A stretch of 20,000 bases of DNA. Origin: Sarea resinae. Lineage: Eukaryota. The stretch is from NCBI GenBank assembly GCA_026026165.1, contig JAPEUD010000103.1:46313-66312 (forward strand), given 5' to 3'. Positions within the stretch are counted from its first letter, which is position 1; each line of letters opens with the position of its first letter. The notes beneath the pieces are model-generated. The model saw only the letters and a program-made list of their open reading frames with translations, was not told where the DNA came from and made no database searches. The translations under genes were made by a program, and so were the position numbers. Shown here one piece after another: positions 1-10,220 of the stretch.

Positions 1-23
1 AGGGATCGCTAATCAGGTCACAG

Positions 24-1051
24 GCTACCGATTAACCAACGAGAAGGCCATAAGGTCCGCGCAATCGTGGAAGAGAGTCAGCAATGGAAGCATCGTCACC
101 TTGCACGACGCGTTTACCAGTCGTCAGTTTGGAGACAGCTCGCTTATATTTGTCACCGACTATCATCCGCTATCGAAGACGCTTGCTGAGCACCATTTCC
201 CCTCTACTCGATTCCAAGGTCGCCCCGCTGGAGGTCACGTACCGGAGCAAGTATTGTGGAGCTATGTCATGCAGATATCATCCGCACTCAAGGCAATCCA
301 CGATGCCGGCCTCGCTGCCAGGATCATTGATGCAAGCAAGATTCTACTAACCTCAAAGAATCGCGTCCGCCTCAACGCATGTGGCATCCTCGACGTTGTC
401 CAATACGACACCAGCGCCACGATAGCCGACTTGCAACGTGAAGACCTCATGCAGCTTGGCCGGCTCCTCCTTTGCATCTCCACCAGCAACCAAGGAGCGC
501 TGCACAACATACCGAAAGCGCTTGAATACATCAGCCGCTCCTACACGGCTCCTTTCAAGGATTGCATCTTCTGGCTGCTTGACACGTCCGCATCCCAGGG
601 TACAAAGGACATCGACCGGTTTATGACAGGACTCGCCCCTCAGTTCCTCAAAAGCTTCGACCATACTCTCCACCTGGATGACCAACTCAACACCGAGCTA
701 AGCCGTGAGCTTGAGAATTCCCGACTCCTCCGTCTGACGATGAAACTTAATTTCATCACCGAGAGGCCTGAATTCGAACACGATCGCCAGTGGTCCGAAA
801 CGGGGGACCGCTACCTACTCAAACTGTTCCGCGACTACACGTTCCACCAAGTTGATGCGCAGGGAAATCCCGTCGTGGACCTTGGGCACGTTTTGACCTG
901 CTTGAATAAGTTGGATGCAGGGATCGAGGAGAGGATTAGTCTTGTCAGTCGCGATGAGCAAAACTGTTTCATCATCAGTTACCGCGAGCTGAAAAGACAG
1001 GTGGAGGCCGCCTTTCAGGATTTGTTAAAGGCAGGCCGGCGGACGGCATGA
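24..1051 (+). CDS. PAN3: PAN2-PAN3 deadenylase subunit Pan3, last exon (5' part outside window)
   Basis: Frame reads GYRLTNEKAIRSAQSWKRVSNGSIVTLHDAFT...GDSSLIFVTDYHP (pseudokinase), then RELENSRLLRL, WSETGDRYLLKLFRDY and DLGHVLTCLNKLDAG (Pan3 C-terminal domain). Branch GCTAAT at 8-13 and acceptor CAG at 21-23 put the exon start at 24. Stop TGA at 1049-1051. Confidence 0.95.
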
Positions 1052-2012
1052 TTGACCGATGGACGCGGATGACGCATAGTCTCCTCGAGGGCAAATGATG
1101 ACGGTACGGGATTGGGATGGAGAGGATAAGCCACCTTTGTTTAGACCCCTATGACTGGATTGGTTCCTGTTGATCATTTTTGTTTTTCTCTGTTTCAGAC
1201 AGACGTAATACAGGATACAGATGCGATTGCAACTGCCAACAATGATACAAAGATTCTTTTCCTCGGACTCAAGTCAGGCGCGCACGCCAGGATGAAGCCA
1301 CCTGAGGTTGGGTGCTGCTGTGTAGAGGGCTCGCTTACGGATGACGATGTCCGTGTACTGATGTGCATACCTTGATGAAGCCGTGCATGGAAACAACCGT
1401 GAAGAATAAGGGGAATGATGAGGGGAATTGAGGCATCACCACCGACGAACAATACGTAGTTCAGCCCTACTGAGGAGGAGGTGAAGCTTCAACGGTAGGC
1501 GAAGATCCCCTGTCCCAATGGCGTTAGCGTCGCGGTGAAGCTGAGATAGAGCTGCACATTGCTCTACAACTGCCCCAGATGTCGGATCAATATTGATCGT
1601 TGCTATGCTATAAAGTAACACATCCCATCCACAATCAATACGTGCTTCCGAACTCAACCCACCTTTCAGCTCACCAAATCATCCCCTTTCACAAAGAGAA
1701 ATCAACTCATAACATCGCTTTCCATTCTTCTTCTACTATCCATCTAGCAAAATCTGTAGCTTCTTGCTGTCTGATCGCTCAGGAATAGAGCTCAGTTCAC
1801 CACTATTCCGCCTCCTAAAGCTTCCGATCAGCTCGTCACAGATCAGTTAGACTCAGCTCAGTCGGCTCAAACTCCGGTCAGTTAATTCTTTGCCAGAGTA
1901 GGGGACCTGAATACGCCGTTCAGCAGAAGCTCATGTGTATAACAGATATACCGTCTCTTGTAACAGGCCGCCCGAAAGACTCAGTTCAACTGAACTCGTC
2001 GTTGCAGTATCG

Positions 2013-2082
2013 GTGAGTCTGCATGATTGTTGATAGCAATAGACTAAGAATGTAGGCACGCAAAAGCTAATCAACTCACCAG
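2013..2082 (+). other. Probable 5'-UTR intron of the F-box gene
   Basis: GTGAGT donor at 2013, GCTAAT branch at 2066-2071, CAG acceptor ending 2082; 70 nt long and 66 nt upstream of the ATG. Confidence 0.65.
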
Positions 2083-2148
2083 GCGTATTGTACCTTCATG
2101 GGATTTAGCTCTATCTGTTTCGTTTCCTCGTAGTTCTCCGCTTTCACC

Positions 2149-5023
2149 ATGAATTCTCACGAAGATCCGGGTGAAGCTTTGGCTAGGCTTCAAATTGCTG
2201 CTATCGAGAACGAGCGTCTCCGGCGCGAATACCTCGACTCTCTGGATGAGGTCAGCTCGACAGCTGATCTTGAGGCCCATGATGAACAGGTCATCTCCGA
2301 GATTACTTCCACCGCTTTCGACCCGCAAGGTTTGCACCGTCTTTTCCCCTAAGACGTACAAGAACTGACGGATCCTCAAGTTCACGAAGAATTAGACGTT
2401 AGCTTCCTCGGTGCTGCCGAGACTTCTAGCAACACTGATTCATCATTCTACGAAGACGGTTCCCACAATAACACCGCTGGTGCCGACGATGATAACGTGG
2501 TTGTAACAGGAACTGTTGATCAGACTCATACTACTCCTCCAGTGGCTACAGCTTTGATTCCATTTTCTGCCTGGCTCAAAAAACAGGCCAAAGAGCAGGC
2601 CATGGCACCTCTTAGTTCTCTCCAAGATGATCCAACGCCACACGTCCCAGCTCAGATATTCAGGCATCCGCTTGGGCCCCATGGACAAGGCTGGCCGGTG
2701 AAGACACTTTCTGTCGAGCTCTTTGAACGAATTACTTCACATCTTCCACGCGACGATGTTAAAACGTTGCGCCTTATTAACAAGGAGTTTGAAGCTCAGA
2801 TCTCGGGAGCATTCTTTCGCAACATTGTCGTCCCCTTTAGCTCGGAGATATATTCAATGTTAGAGTCAACTGACTCGGAAGACAAGAAGAAAGGCCAGCC
2901 AGTAGCCGAAGTGAGCAACGAAACGGGAACGACCAGTCTGCCGCCCGACCTGACTGCCGGTGAAGCCACGATGACCAACAAATTGGAGGCCTATTCCAAA
3001 GAAATCTATCGGCCAAGTCTCTCGAACGGCGGACTCAGTATCGAATACCTTACTAGTCTGAAGGCAGGTGTACGCCGAGACTTTGGTATGAAGATCTTTC
3101 AAGGATTTGGCCCTCATGTTCGACGCTTTGGCATGAGTTTTGAAGTCGATGAAGGTATGTCATCGGGTCTTTTATACGATGATAGATTGCTGACTTCGTG
3201 CAGAGCAACTTCGTCAAGTTCCCGAAAAGGTGGAATTCGAGACCCAGACAAGCTTTTGGGGCATGTATCAGTGGCCTCCTCAAACATACCGTCGTTTCAA
3301 GGACTGTGCTGGTCTGGAATATGTCGCCGATGAGACAAGCTCCATGAAGACGGCGTTCTCAAATCTATCTGAGGTCACTGAGCTGGCCATCTCGGTCGAT
3401 AACAAACTTGGCTTTTTGTCAGGCCCAGATATCTCGGAGCGCATCTTTGCGCAGAAAGCTTTGCCGCCAGTCTTCGGTCGATCAATGGTGCCCGATTCTA
3501 AGCTTCAAAAGAAACTAGATGAGTGGGTGTCTTGGGCTGAGCGCATTCTGGCCAATCGCACTTCTGATTATGAGCTGCCTCAAATTCGAGCTTTCTTGCG
3601 CGACATTATCTGTCCTTATAAGATTACTGTCTCATCGCTCGGTTATGCTGGCCGCCGTTATGCCAATATTCTTCCTCTGGGTATGAGTACTTTCAATAGC
3701 AGTGCTCCTAATCCTCTCCCAGATCATTGCCCTAGCATGAGTGACCACACAGGGACCAAAATCGACGAGCTTCCCCTTCGCCCTAACAATCTGACTGGAG
3801 GCCAGCAAGATTGGCTACTCGAGACGGAGTGGGCTCAACGAGCTTTCTTGACAAGTTACTGCATTGCCGTCATTGATAACGGAACTGCCTTCCAGAATGT
3901 TCACACCTTCAGCGTTGCAAGACTTTCCAGTCGGCACGTACCCCTCATCGGTCGCCGCGACTTTTGGGATGCTCTGCCGAACCTCAAGACGATTAGTCTT
4001 GGCGTGATCCCTGATTGGAGAGATGTCTACACGGGAGCGTCCGGAAAAGTCATGACGCCTAGTGTTGATCCGTCTGACGCTATTCTCAGAGTTGCTCCTG
4101 TGCTATTCGCATACATCTCGCGCTTGAAATCCGTCAAGACGCTGAAGTTTGGCTGGGTCGGTGGCGGCGAGTGCGCAGAGGGCACATATTCTCGCAATCA
4201 GCATATCCTTGCCGCACCCATCGTTCACAGCGCCTGGGAAATGTTTGCTGAGAACGACATCACCACGCAGATTCTAGAGCTCCCGCATGTCGAGCATCTT
4301 ACTCTGTCCAACTGCTGGGCAAGTCCCCAGGTCCTAGCGTCGTTCATCAAGGGTCTCAGCGCTGCATCCCTGAAGACCTTGACGATGGACTCCGTTTCTT
4401 TGACCGCAGTCTCCTATCTTAGCTCGGATCCGCCCATCGAAGCGCGCAACATCAGCCACATCTTCCCCAGCGTTCCACGCATCCCCGTCACAGCCCATGT
4501 TGATTCGCATGTCTTCCCCCCTCGGCCTCTCAGTCTGTCAGCAATCAGCTTCCTCAACCCTCAGCGCTTACGCCCTGGATCTTGGGCCGACACCATCGAC
4601 CAAATCACACCGGGCCAAACACTAGCACAGATGCGCTACCAACGCGGATTAATCGATGATGCGGCCGCGGAAAAGGACACGGCGTCCTCGCTGAAAAAGA
4701 TCTTTTTCAAGTCCTGCGGCTACGTCTATCTGCCCTTGGATTTTAGCTGCATGGATCAACGCTCCGTCGCGCCGCGTTTCATGACCGAATTGCCGGATTT
4801 TCTCAAAGCCTTAAAGGCTTGCCTGAGGACCTGCATGATGACGACAGATGATCTCAGCCTGGGCACGATCATCCAAGATCTTAGCTCTGTCGAATTGGAG
4901 GTCTTGGAGCAAGGCTTTGGTCTATTTGAGGGCTGGGGCGACAATCCCAAGCGCTATATCAACCGTGAAGATGGCTTCTTTGATGGAGGCACCGGCCGCT
5001 TTTCCGGCATCATTGTCTCTTAG
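2149..5023 (+). CDS. Fungal F-box domain protein, about 924 aa; join(2149..2329,2381..3154,3204..5023)
   Basis: ATG in good context (CACCATG). Intron 2330-2380 is GTTTGC..CTGAC..AAG and intron 3155-3203 is GTATGT..GCTGAC..CAG. Splicing joins three ORF-track segments into 2775 nt (925 codons). F-box-like segment LSVELFERITSHLPRDDVKTLRLINKEF, followed by LRR-like segments (LPNLKTISL, LPHVEHLTLSNC, LKTLTMDSV). Confidence 0.82.
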
Positions 5024-5185
5024 ACTCTCTATTGCTTGTCTCTGTCTCTTACCCTAACCTACTGCCTGAGGTGTGTGGCTTTGCACCACTTCCACAGGTC
5101 AGCAGGGGCAAGACGGGCCAACTAGGGAGTCTTTGACATTTTCTGTTTCCTCTGAGTGTCACTTTCTCCTCGCGGTATGAGCTTT

Positions 5186-5235
5186 CAGTACGGTATGATA
5201 CGATACGATGTGACACGATACGACGTGATACGAAT
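5186..5235. repeat. Degenerate (GATAC/GACAC)-type pentanucleotide microsatellite
   Basis: gatacgatacgatgtgacacgatacgacgtgatacga seen directly. Confidence 0.55.
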
Positions 5236-5909
5236 AAATGAGCCGCAGGGGTGTAACGTTGTTCTCACTTCACGCAACCATGATTGACGGCTACTTATCT
5301 CTCTATCTTTCTTGAGCATGGCATCCTTCCCCAATTCCGACCTTTCTCTTTTCCTCTTGCCTTTTTCTTTTGTCGTTTCTTCTACGCCATGAGGCGCCGG
5401 GTATTCGCAACTATGGGCACTGGAGTGAATAGCGGCTTTGTTCATTCTACTACTTACATGCGTACGTCATGTGCATGCATACAACACTGGTTGATTGTTT
5501 GTACTGTACTGTACTGCGTCGTTTGCTATCGTACAGTGTCATGACACGAAGCCGCACTCACCGCTATCCATCTCCTTCATATTCCCCATGTTTCCCTTTT
5601 TTTTCCCTTTCCAAGTCTTTATTTGCGACGTATCAGTACTTGTGGCAGACTCATTCGCCTCGAGTGATCGTCCATAAGTCGAGTCGAGTCGGGTACGATG
5701 AAACGCACCCCCATCATCCCTTTCTTTCATTCTTTTACTTCTTTCATTCCCTCCCGACGGCCACACATAGGATAACAGGTGGCGGCCCCGCTATCTACAG
5801 CCTACCTGCCCCTTGGGATCGAGTCGAGGGTGTTGTTGCACAGGAAGGAATTCAAGCTCCAATCTTTCTTTTTTTCATCCAGAGAGAGGGGGGGACGGGG
5901 CATGGTACA

Positions 5910-6168
5910 GATCGCGGGCAATCCGCTTGATCTAGACAGGGGTTCCAGGATCGCGGGTAATCCGCTTGATCAGGAGAACATTACAGATCGCGGGCAATCC
6001 GCTGGATCTTAGATAGATATAAAAAACACCCAATAGGCAGATCTTGTTGCCTACCTAGCTAGCCTAGCTTAGCTGGGGGCCGAGCTAGATGGAGTTCAGG
6101 TAGAAAGATAGATAGCCACTCAAAAAAAAAAATGGAAAAATCATAGATCGCGGGGAATCCGCTTGATC
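5910..6168. repeat. Four direct copies of the 23-nt hairpin-forming repeat GATCGCGGGNAATCCGCTKGATC
   Basis: Copies at 5910-5932, 5949-5971, 5986-6008 and 6146-6168, separated by unrelated spacers of 16, 14 and 137 nt. Confidence 0.92.
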
Positions 6169-6289
6169 TCTATCAAATCAAACCTACCTACTCAGTCTTG
6201 TAATCTCGGTATCGGCATCTGTCTCGATGCCCTACAATAAACTAATAAACTACCTATAGTATGGCTCGCGATTTCATTCACTTGACTCA

Positions 6290-6335
6290 GGTAGATAGAT
6301 AAATAGATAGATAGACTGATAGAGAGATAGATAGG
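6290..6335. repeat. Degenerate (TAGA)n microsatellite
   Basis: gtagatagataaatagatagatagactgatagagagatagatagg seen directly. Confidence 0.6.
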
Positions 6336-6847
6336 AAGACCCTCGATTTATTGGATTTGACTTGATTCGATTCGACCTAGATAGCACACAGAACGACAGA
6401 AACAAAACGAGCATCTATATACACCGATTTCGAGCAAGAACTCACGAAACGGGACAAAGGAAAAAAGGAAGAAAGAGGAAACTATGAAAAAGGTGGCCCC
6501 GGGGGGAGAATAGTGAGATGATTGATTGGACGGATGGAGGGAGGGAAGGGATGGATGTGGGGATGTGGGTGGGGGGGAGGGAAAAGGCGATTCGTTGCAT
6601 CAATGCTAGCCGTCTTTTGATGGTACATTTTGCGGTGGTGGTTGAGGGTGTGAAACCCGAGGGGATGAAGAGGGTGGGTGGATGTTGGTGTTGGGGGTTA
6701 CTAGGCTGGCTTTTGATCGTCTTCAGGGTTTTTTTTAATCTTGGTCGGCTGGCTTTTCTTCATGCACAGATAACCTAGGATACCGGGGGGAGCGGAGGAA
6801 GAATCATGGTAATGGTGGCGATGGTGGTGATGAGGGGTGTGGGACAA

Positions 6848-8106
6848 CTAGGCAGAGTCGCGCGTGTATTTCCCGACGACGATGCAATGGTCTCGCTCGA
6901 AGGGTTCTGTAAGGCAGAAGTGTTAGCGGTCTTGAGAGCGATAGAAGAGAAAAGGGTAAGGGGCGCGAGGGGTGGAGAAAAGAAATAAAACCTACCCAGC
7001 GTAAGCTGTTCCAGGGGCTTGATCCGATCATCGCGCATCTTCTGGACCTCCCGTGCAAAGACGGCCTCGGGAGCCGCTGTGCTGTCGATACAGTTCGCCT
7101 TGATGGAAATGACGACGCCGCCGTTGTTCTTCAGGAACAGATGCGCGTTCAAGGCCACGATACGTGCTTGATCGGGTTGGGCCACATCAGCGAAGATGAC
7201 GTCCACCATGCCGACCAGCATGCGGTACTTGAGCGGGTGACGGGCGTCCTCGATGATGGGGATAACGTTGGTGCGGTGCGTCGCCATGTTGATCAAGTCA
7301 CGACCGGATCGGTGGGAGAACTCGACAGCGAAAACGGTGCCCGTGGGGCCGACAATGTCAGCAACGTGAGAGACCGAGGTACCGGAGGCGGCACCAAGAT
7401 AGAGCACCTTGGCGCCGGGGCGGATGTAAATTTCGTCGAGACCGCCGAGGATACCGGCTGCAAGCTTGCTGCGGAAGGGATTCCACACGCGGTATTCGAT
7501 CTTGGTGGCTGGGGGCGCGGCCTCGCCGTTGGTGGCTGCGGAGGATTCGATGGCGATGCGCTTCTCGCCGTAGACGGATTCGCCAGGAGTCAAATTCTTG
7601 GTGACGAGGAGATCCTCTTTGCCGTGGGCAACGAAGACGCCGGCATGACGATGAGGTTCCTAGTATTGTCAATCATTGGTTTTTGGAGATGGACTCCTGG
7701 CTTAAGAGGCATACAATGACGGTTCTTTGACCTCCCTTGGCTCCACCACGACCTCCTCGGCCTCCTCCACGTCCACCGCGGCCACGGTCACCTCCTCGAG
7801 GAGCTCCACGGCCACCACGTCCACCTCTCATTGGGGCACCGCCTAGGCTCAGTCAGCTTCAAAGCTCGATATCATTTCTCTGATAGCGATCTCGAGAATC
7901 GCATGTTTCGAGATGGCGATTTCGTAACTCTCAAAACAGAATCAGTGCCGATAGAGATGAGAAAATGGCTAACCTCTTCCACCACCACGACCGCCTCTGC
8001 CTCCAAAACCACCACGATCGCCGCCTCCACGACCTCCGAAACCACCACGATCACCCCCTCCACGGCCTCCAAAACCGCCGCGGCCTCCTCTAGGTGTAAA
8101 GGCCAT
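6848..8106 (-). CDS. NOP1: rRNA 2'-O-methyltransferase fibrillarin, 327 aa; complement(join(6848..6906,6996..7659,7715..7842,7974..8106))
   Basis: N-terminal RGG/GAR domain ([14 protein letters not shown]...), then [66 protein letters not shown] and [12 protein letters not shown]. Three GT-AG introns with branch points; 984 nt total, in frame. Confidence 0.98.
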
Positions 8107-8735
8107 TCTGAATAAGCGTTCCTCTGATGATGTTGATACTGAGGTAAGGGACGCTCTGTGGTGACGATGCTTGTCCTGGTGTCGCTCACTTTTCTTCCGT
8201 AGCAGCAGCAGCAACAAGCAACGACTTTCTTCACTTTCACTCTTTCTCGCGCTAGTCGATGTTCGCTTATGGCAACTTTTCCTCTCGGCTTTCCTAGCGA
8301 ATGGCCTAAGCGAAGAGCCGCATCGGCCTCGACCTTAGCCTACGGAGTACAGCGAGGAGAGATCGAGACAGTATCTGGTGACTGGAGCGTGAATGCTGGT
8401 GAGAACATGAAGGCAATTCGATCAATTACAATCATTTCAGTATTCAACCCATTTATGATACTTTTACGAAAGAGTGATGAATGACAAAGCATGGATCAGC
8501 TTGTAGACAGACGGAGAATTTGCATATTGCTGTAGAAATGGATAGGTCCTCGTGCAGACTTCGTCCTCCTTCAGGGCTACAACCCTACCTCCACTGAGAT
8601 TCTCGCTTAGCCACACTCGCTCACCACCACTACCGGGGTCGGCCAAGATTGAAGGAAGTTCGCAAGAAACGAACGAGTCGACTTGACAACGACCTCACAC
8701 GACGACACGACAATCACCATCACCCAACAGCCAAG
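8107..8735. promoter_or_regulatory. Shared divergent promoter region of NOP1 and RPL17
   Basis: 629 bp between the two divergent ATGs. Contains mirrored TCGCTTAG(G)CCA motifs (8302-8313 on minus, 8603-8613 on plus), mirrored TCGACTWG motifs (8252-8259 on minus, 8678-8685 on plus) and ACCCTACC at 8582-8589. Confidence 0.6.
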
Positions 8736-9681
8736 ATGGTGAGTTCTGATCCTGCGAAACCCATTTCGAATATAGAATCCCCCGCCGTCCTTTTCGTGCC
8801 CACGATCTTGTTTCCAGGGCTGCCTCAGTTGTCTCAATGTCCGGATCTTCAAAGACGACCTTGCTAACACCACGGCGCTCCTCAGGTTCGGTACGCCGCC
8901 ACCTCGATCGAGTCCTCGAAATCTGCCAAAGCGCACGGACAGTACCTGAGGGTTTCCTTCAAGAACACCCGTGAGGCATCGCGCGCCATTGCCGGAAAGA
9001 AGGTCGACCGCGCCATCGCTTACCTCGAGAATGTCATCGCTCACAAGGAGGCCGTCCCGATGAGGAGATATGCCGGCAGCACTGGCCGTACCGCCCAGGG
9101 TGAGTTCCTTCTTGAGAGAACTCAGAAGCGTACCGCAAGGATGGGAGCTGTAGAGAAACGGGGAGGACTGCGCATGGAAGGGATTCAATATGGCAGAACA
9201 GTGCTGAGATGATTTCGTGATTACAGGCAAGAACCTCGGCGTCTCCAAGGCCCGCTGGCCCGTCAAGTCCGCCGAGTTCCTTCTCGGTCTCCTCCGCAAC
9301 GCTGAGGCCAATGCCGACACCAAGGGTCTCGACACCGGTAACCTGATCGTTAAGCACATCCAAGTCAACCAGGCACCCAAGCAGCGAAGACGCACATACC
9401 GTGCCCACGGCCGAGTAAGCGGACCCCATCTTCCGTTGTTTTGCTTGGATTGGCACAGCATGTGTCAAGGCTCAAGACGAGCTTTTTTGGCTATCTGTGG
9501 ACCGGGCTAATCCACTTGTGAACAGATCAACCCCTACATGTCCAACCCGTGCCACATCGAGCTCATCCTGACTGAGGGCGAGGAAGTCGTTCAAAAGTCC
9601 CCCCAATCCGTCGAACGCGCCGTCCACCTTAGCTCCCGACAGCGTGGTGCCCGCCGTCAACGCGCCATCACGGCCGCTTAG
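8736..9681 (+). CDS. RPL17: 60S ribosomal protein L17 (uL22), 186 aa; join(8736..8738,8886..9099,9227..9414,9526..9681)
   Basis: ATG-only first exon. Spliced protein reads MVRYAAT...[11 protein letters not shown]...[17 protein letters not shown]...[16 protein letters not shown]...[49 protein letters not shown] donors and CAG acceptors; 561 nt in frame. Confidence 0.98.
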
Positions 9682-10220
9682 ATTTTCTTTCCTCGCGGGA
9701 TGAATTGAATTTGCGGTTGTCTATTTTGACGTGTTGAGCGTTGTTGCTGGTCCATGGAGAATAAATGGTGGAAGGGGGGGGTGTTGTGGTTTGAGGAGGG
9801 AGGACGAGGTTATGACGCTGCCAGGTCGTTATATTACTCGAGACAATGAAACGAGCATCTCTGCCTCTGGGTCTGGTGTGATCCTGAGGATTGGCTTCAT
9901 AGGGCAGGGGCAATTTCCAATCCAAAACAAATTCCTACGTTCGAGATCTCTCGATCCGCCCTCTTTCTTGGAACTATACTCGTAATCTTGACATTTGATT
10001 GAGACCCATGCTATTTCATCCGTGACTCTAAACTTTTGGCTGTCCCTCACCAGCTTCTCCCTTTCTCCCCTTTCCGCTGCCTTTTCCCTCCATACGACCG
10101 TAAATCAGCCTCTGCAAGCACTCCTCACATCACTCCCAAGTCCCCCCCTCCCCTCATCTTATCCTCCGGCCCCTCTCCCCACCAGCCTCTGAACCAGAAC
10201 CACCTTCTCCCTCCAACATC

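Noticed and set aside
1585..1598. Perfect palindrome GATCAATATTGATC
   Set aside because: A single 14-nt palindrome is expected by chance in 20 kb, and nothing else supports a function.
5469..6012. ORFs 5469-5930 and 5779-6012 with a repeated IAGNPLD peptide
   Set aside because: Low-complexity sequence, and the repeat copies fall in different frames (spacings 39 and 37 nt), so the peptide repeat is a by-product of the DNA repeat.
5910..6168. Calling the 23-nt repeat/spacer array a CRISPR
   Set aside because: Spacers of 14, 16 and 137 nt are too short and irregular, there are no cas genes, and the context is a fungal nuclear genome. Kept as an unexplained repeat.
6775..6995. ORF-track C-terminal extension of fibrillarin (GRFYFFSPP...PPVS)
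   Set aside because: Read-through into intron 3; splicing 6907-6995 restores the conserved EPFERDH ending.
7141..7719. 192-aa plus-strand ORF
   Set aside because: Antisense shadow of NOP1 with no recognisable motifs.
8121..8144. Compact TGATGA...CTGA box C/D (kink-turn-like) motif beside the fibrillarin start codon
   Set aside because: It is on the plus strand, antisense to NOP1 mRNA, and too short for a snoRNA. Only meaningful if an antisense transcript is shown.
8607..9461. 284-aa minus-strand ORF
   Set aside because: Antisense to RPL17 exons and introns, with no recognisable domain.
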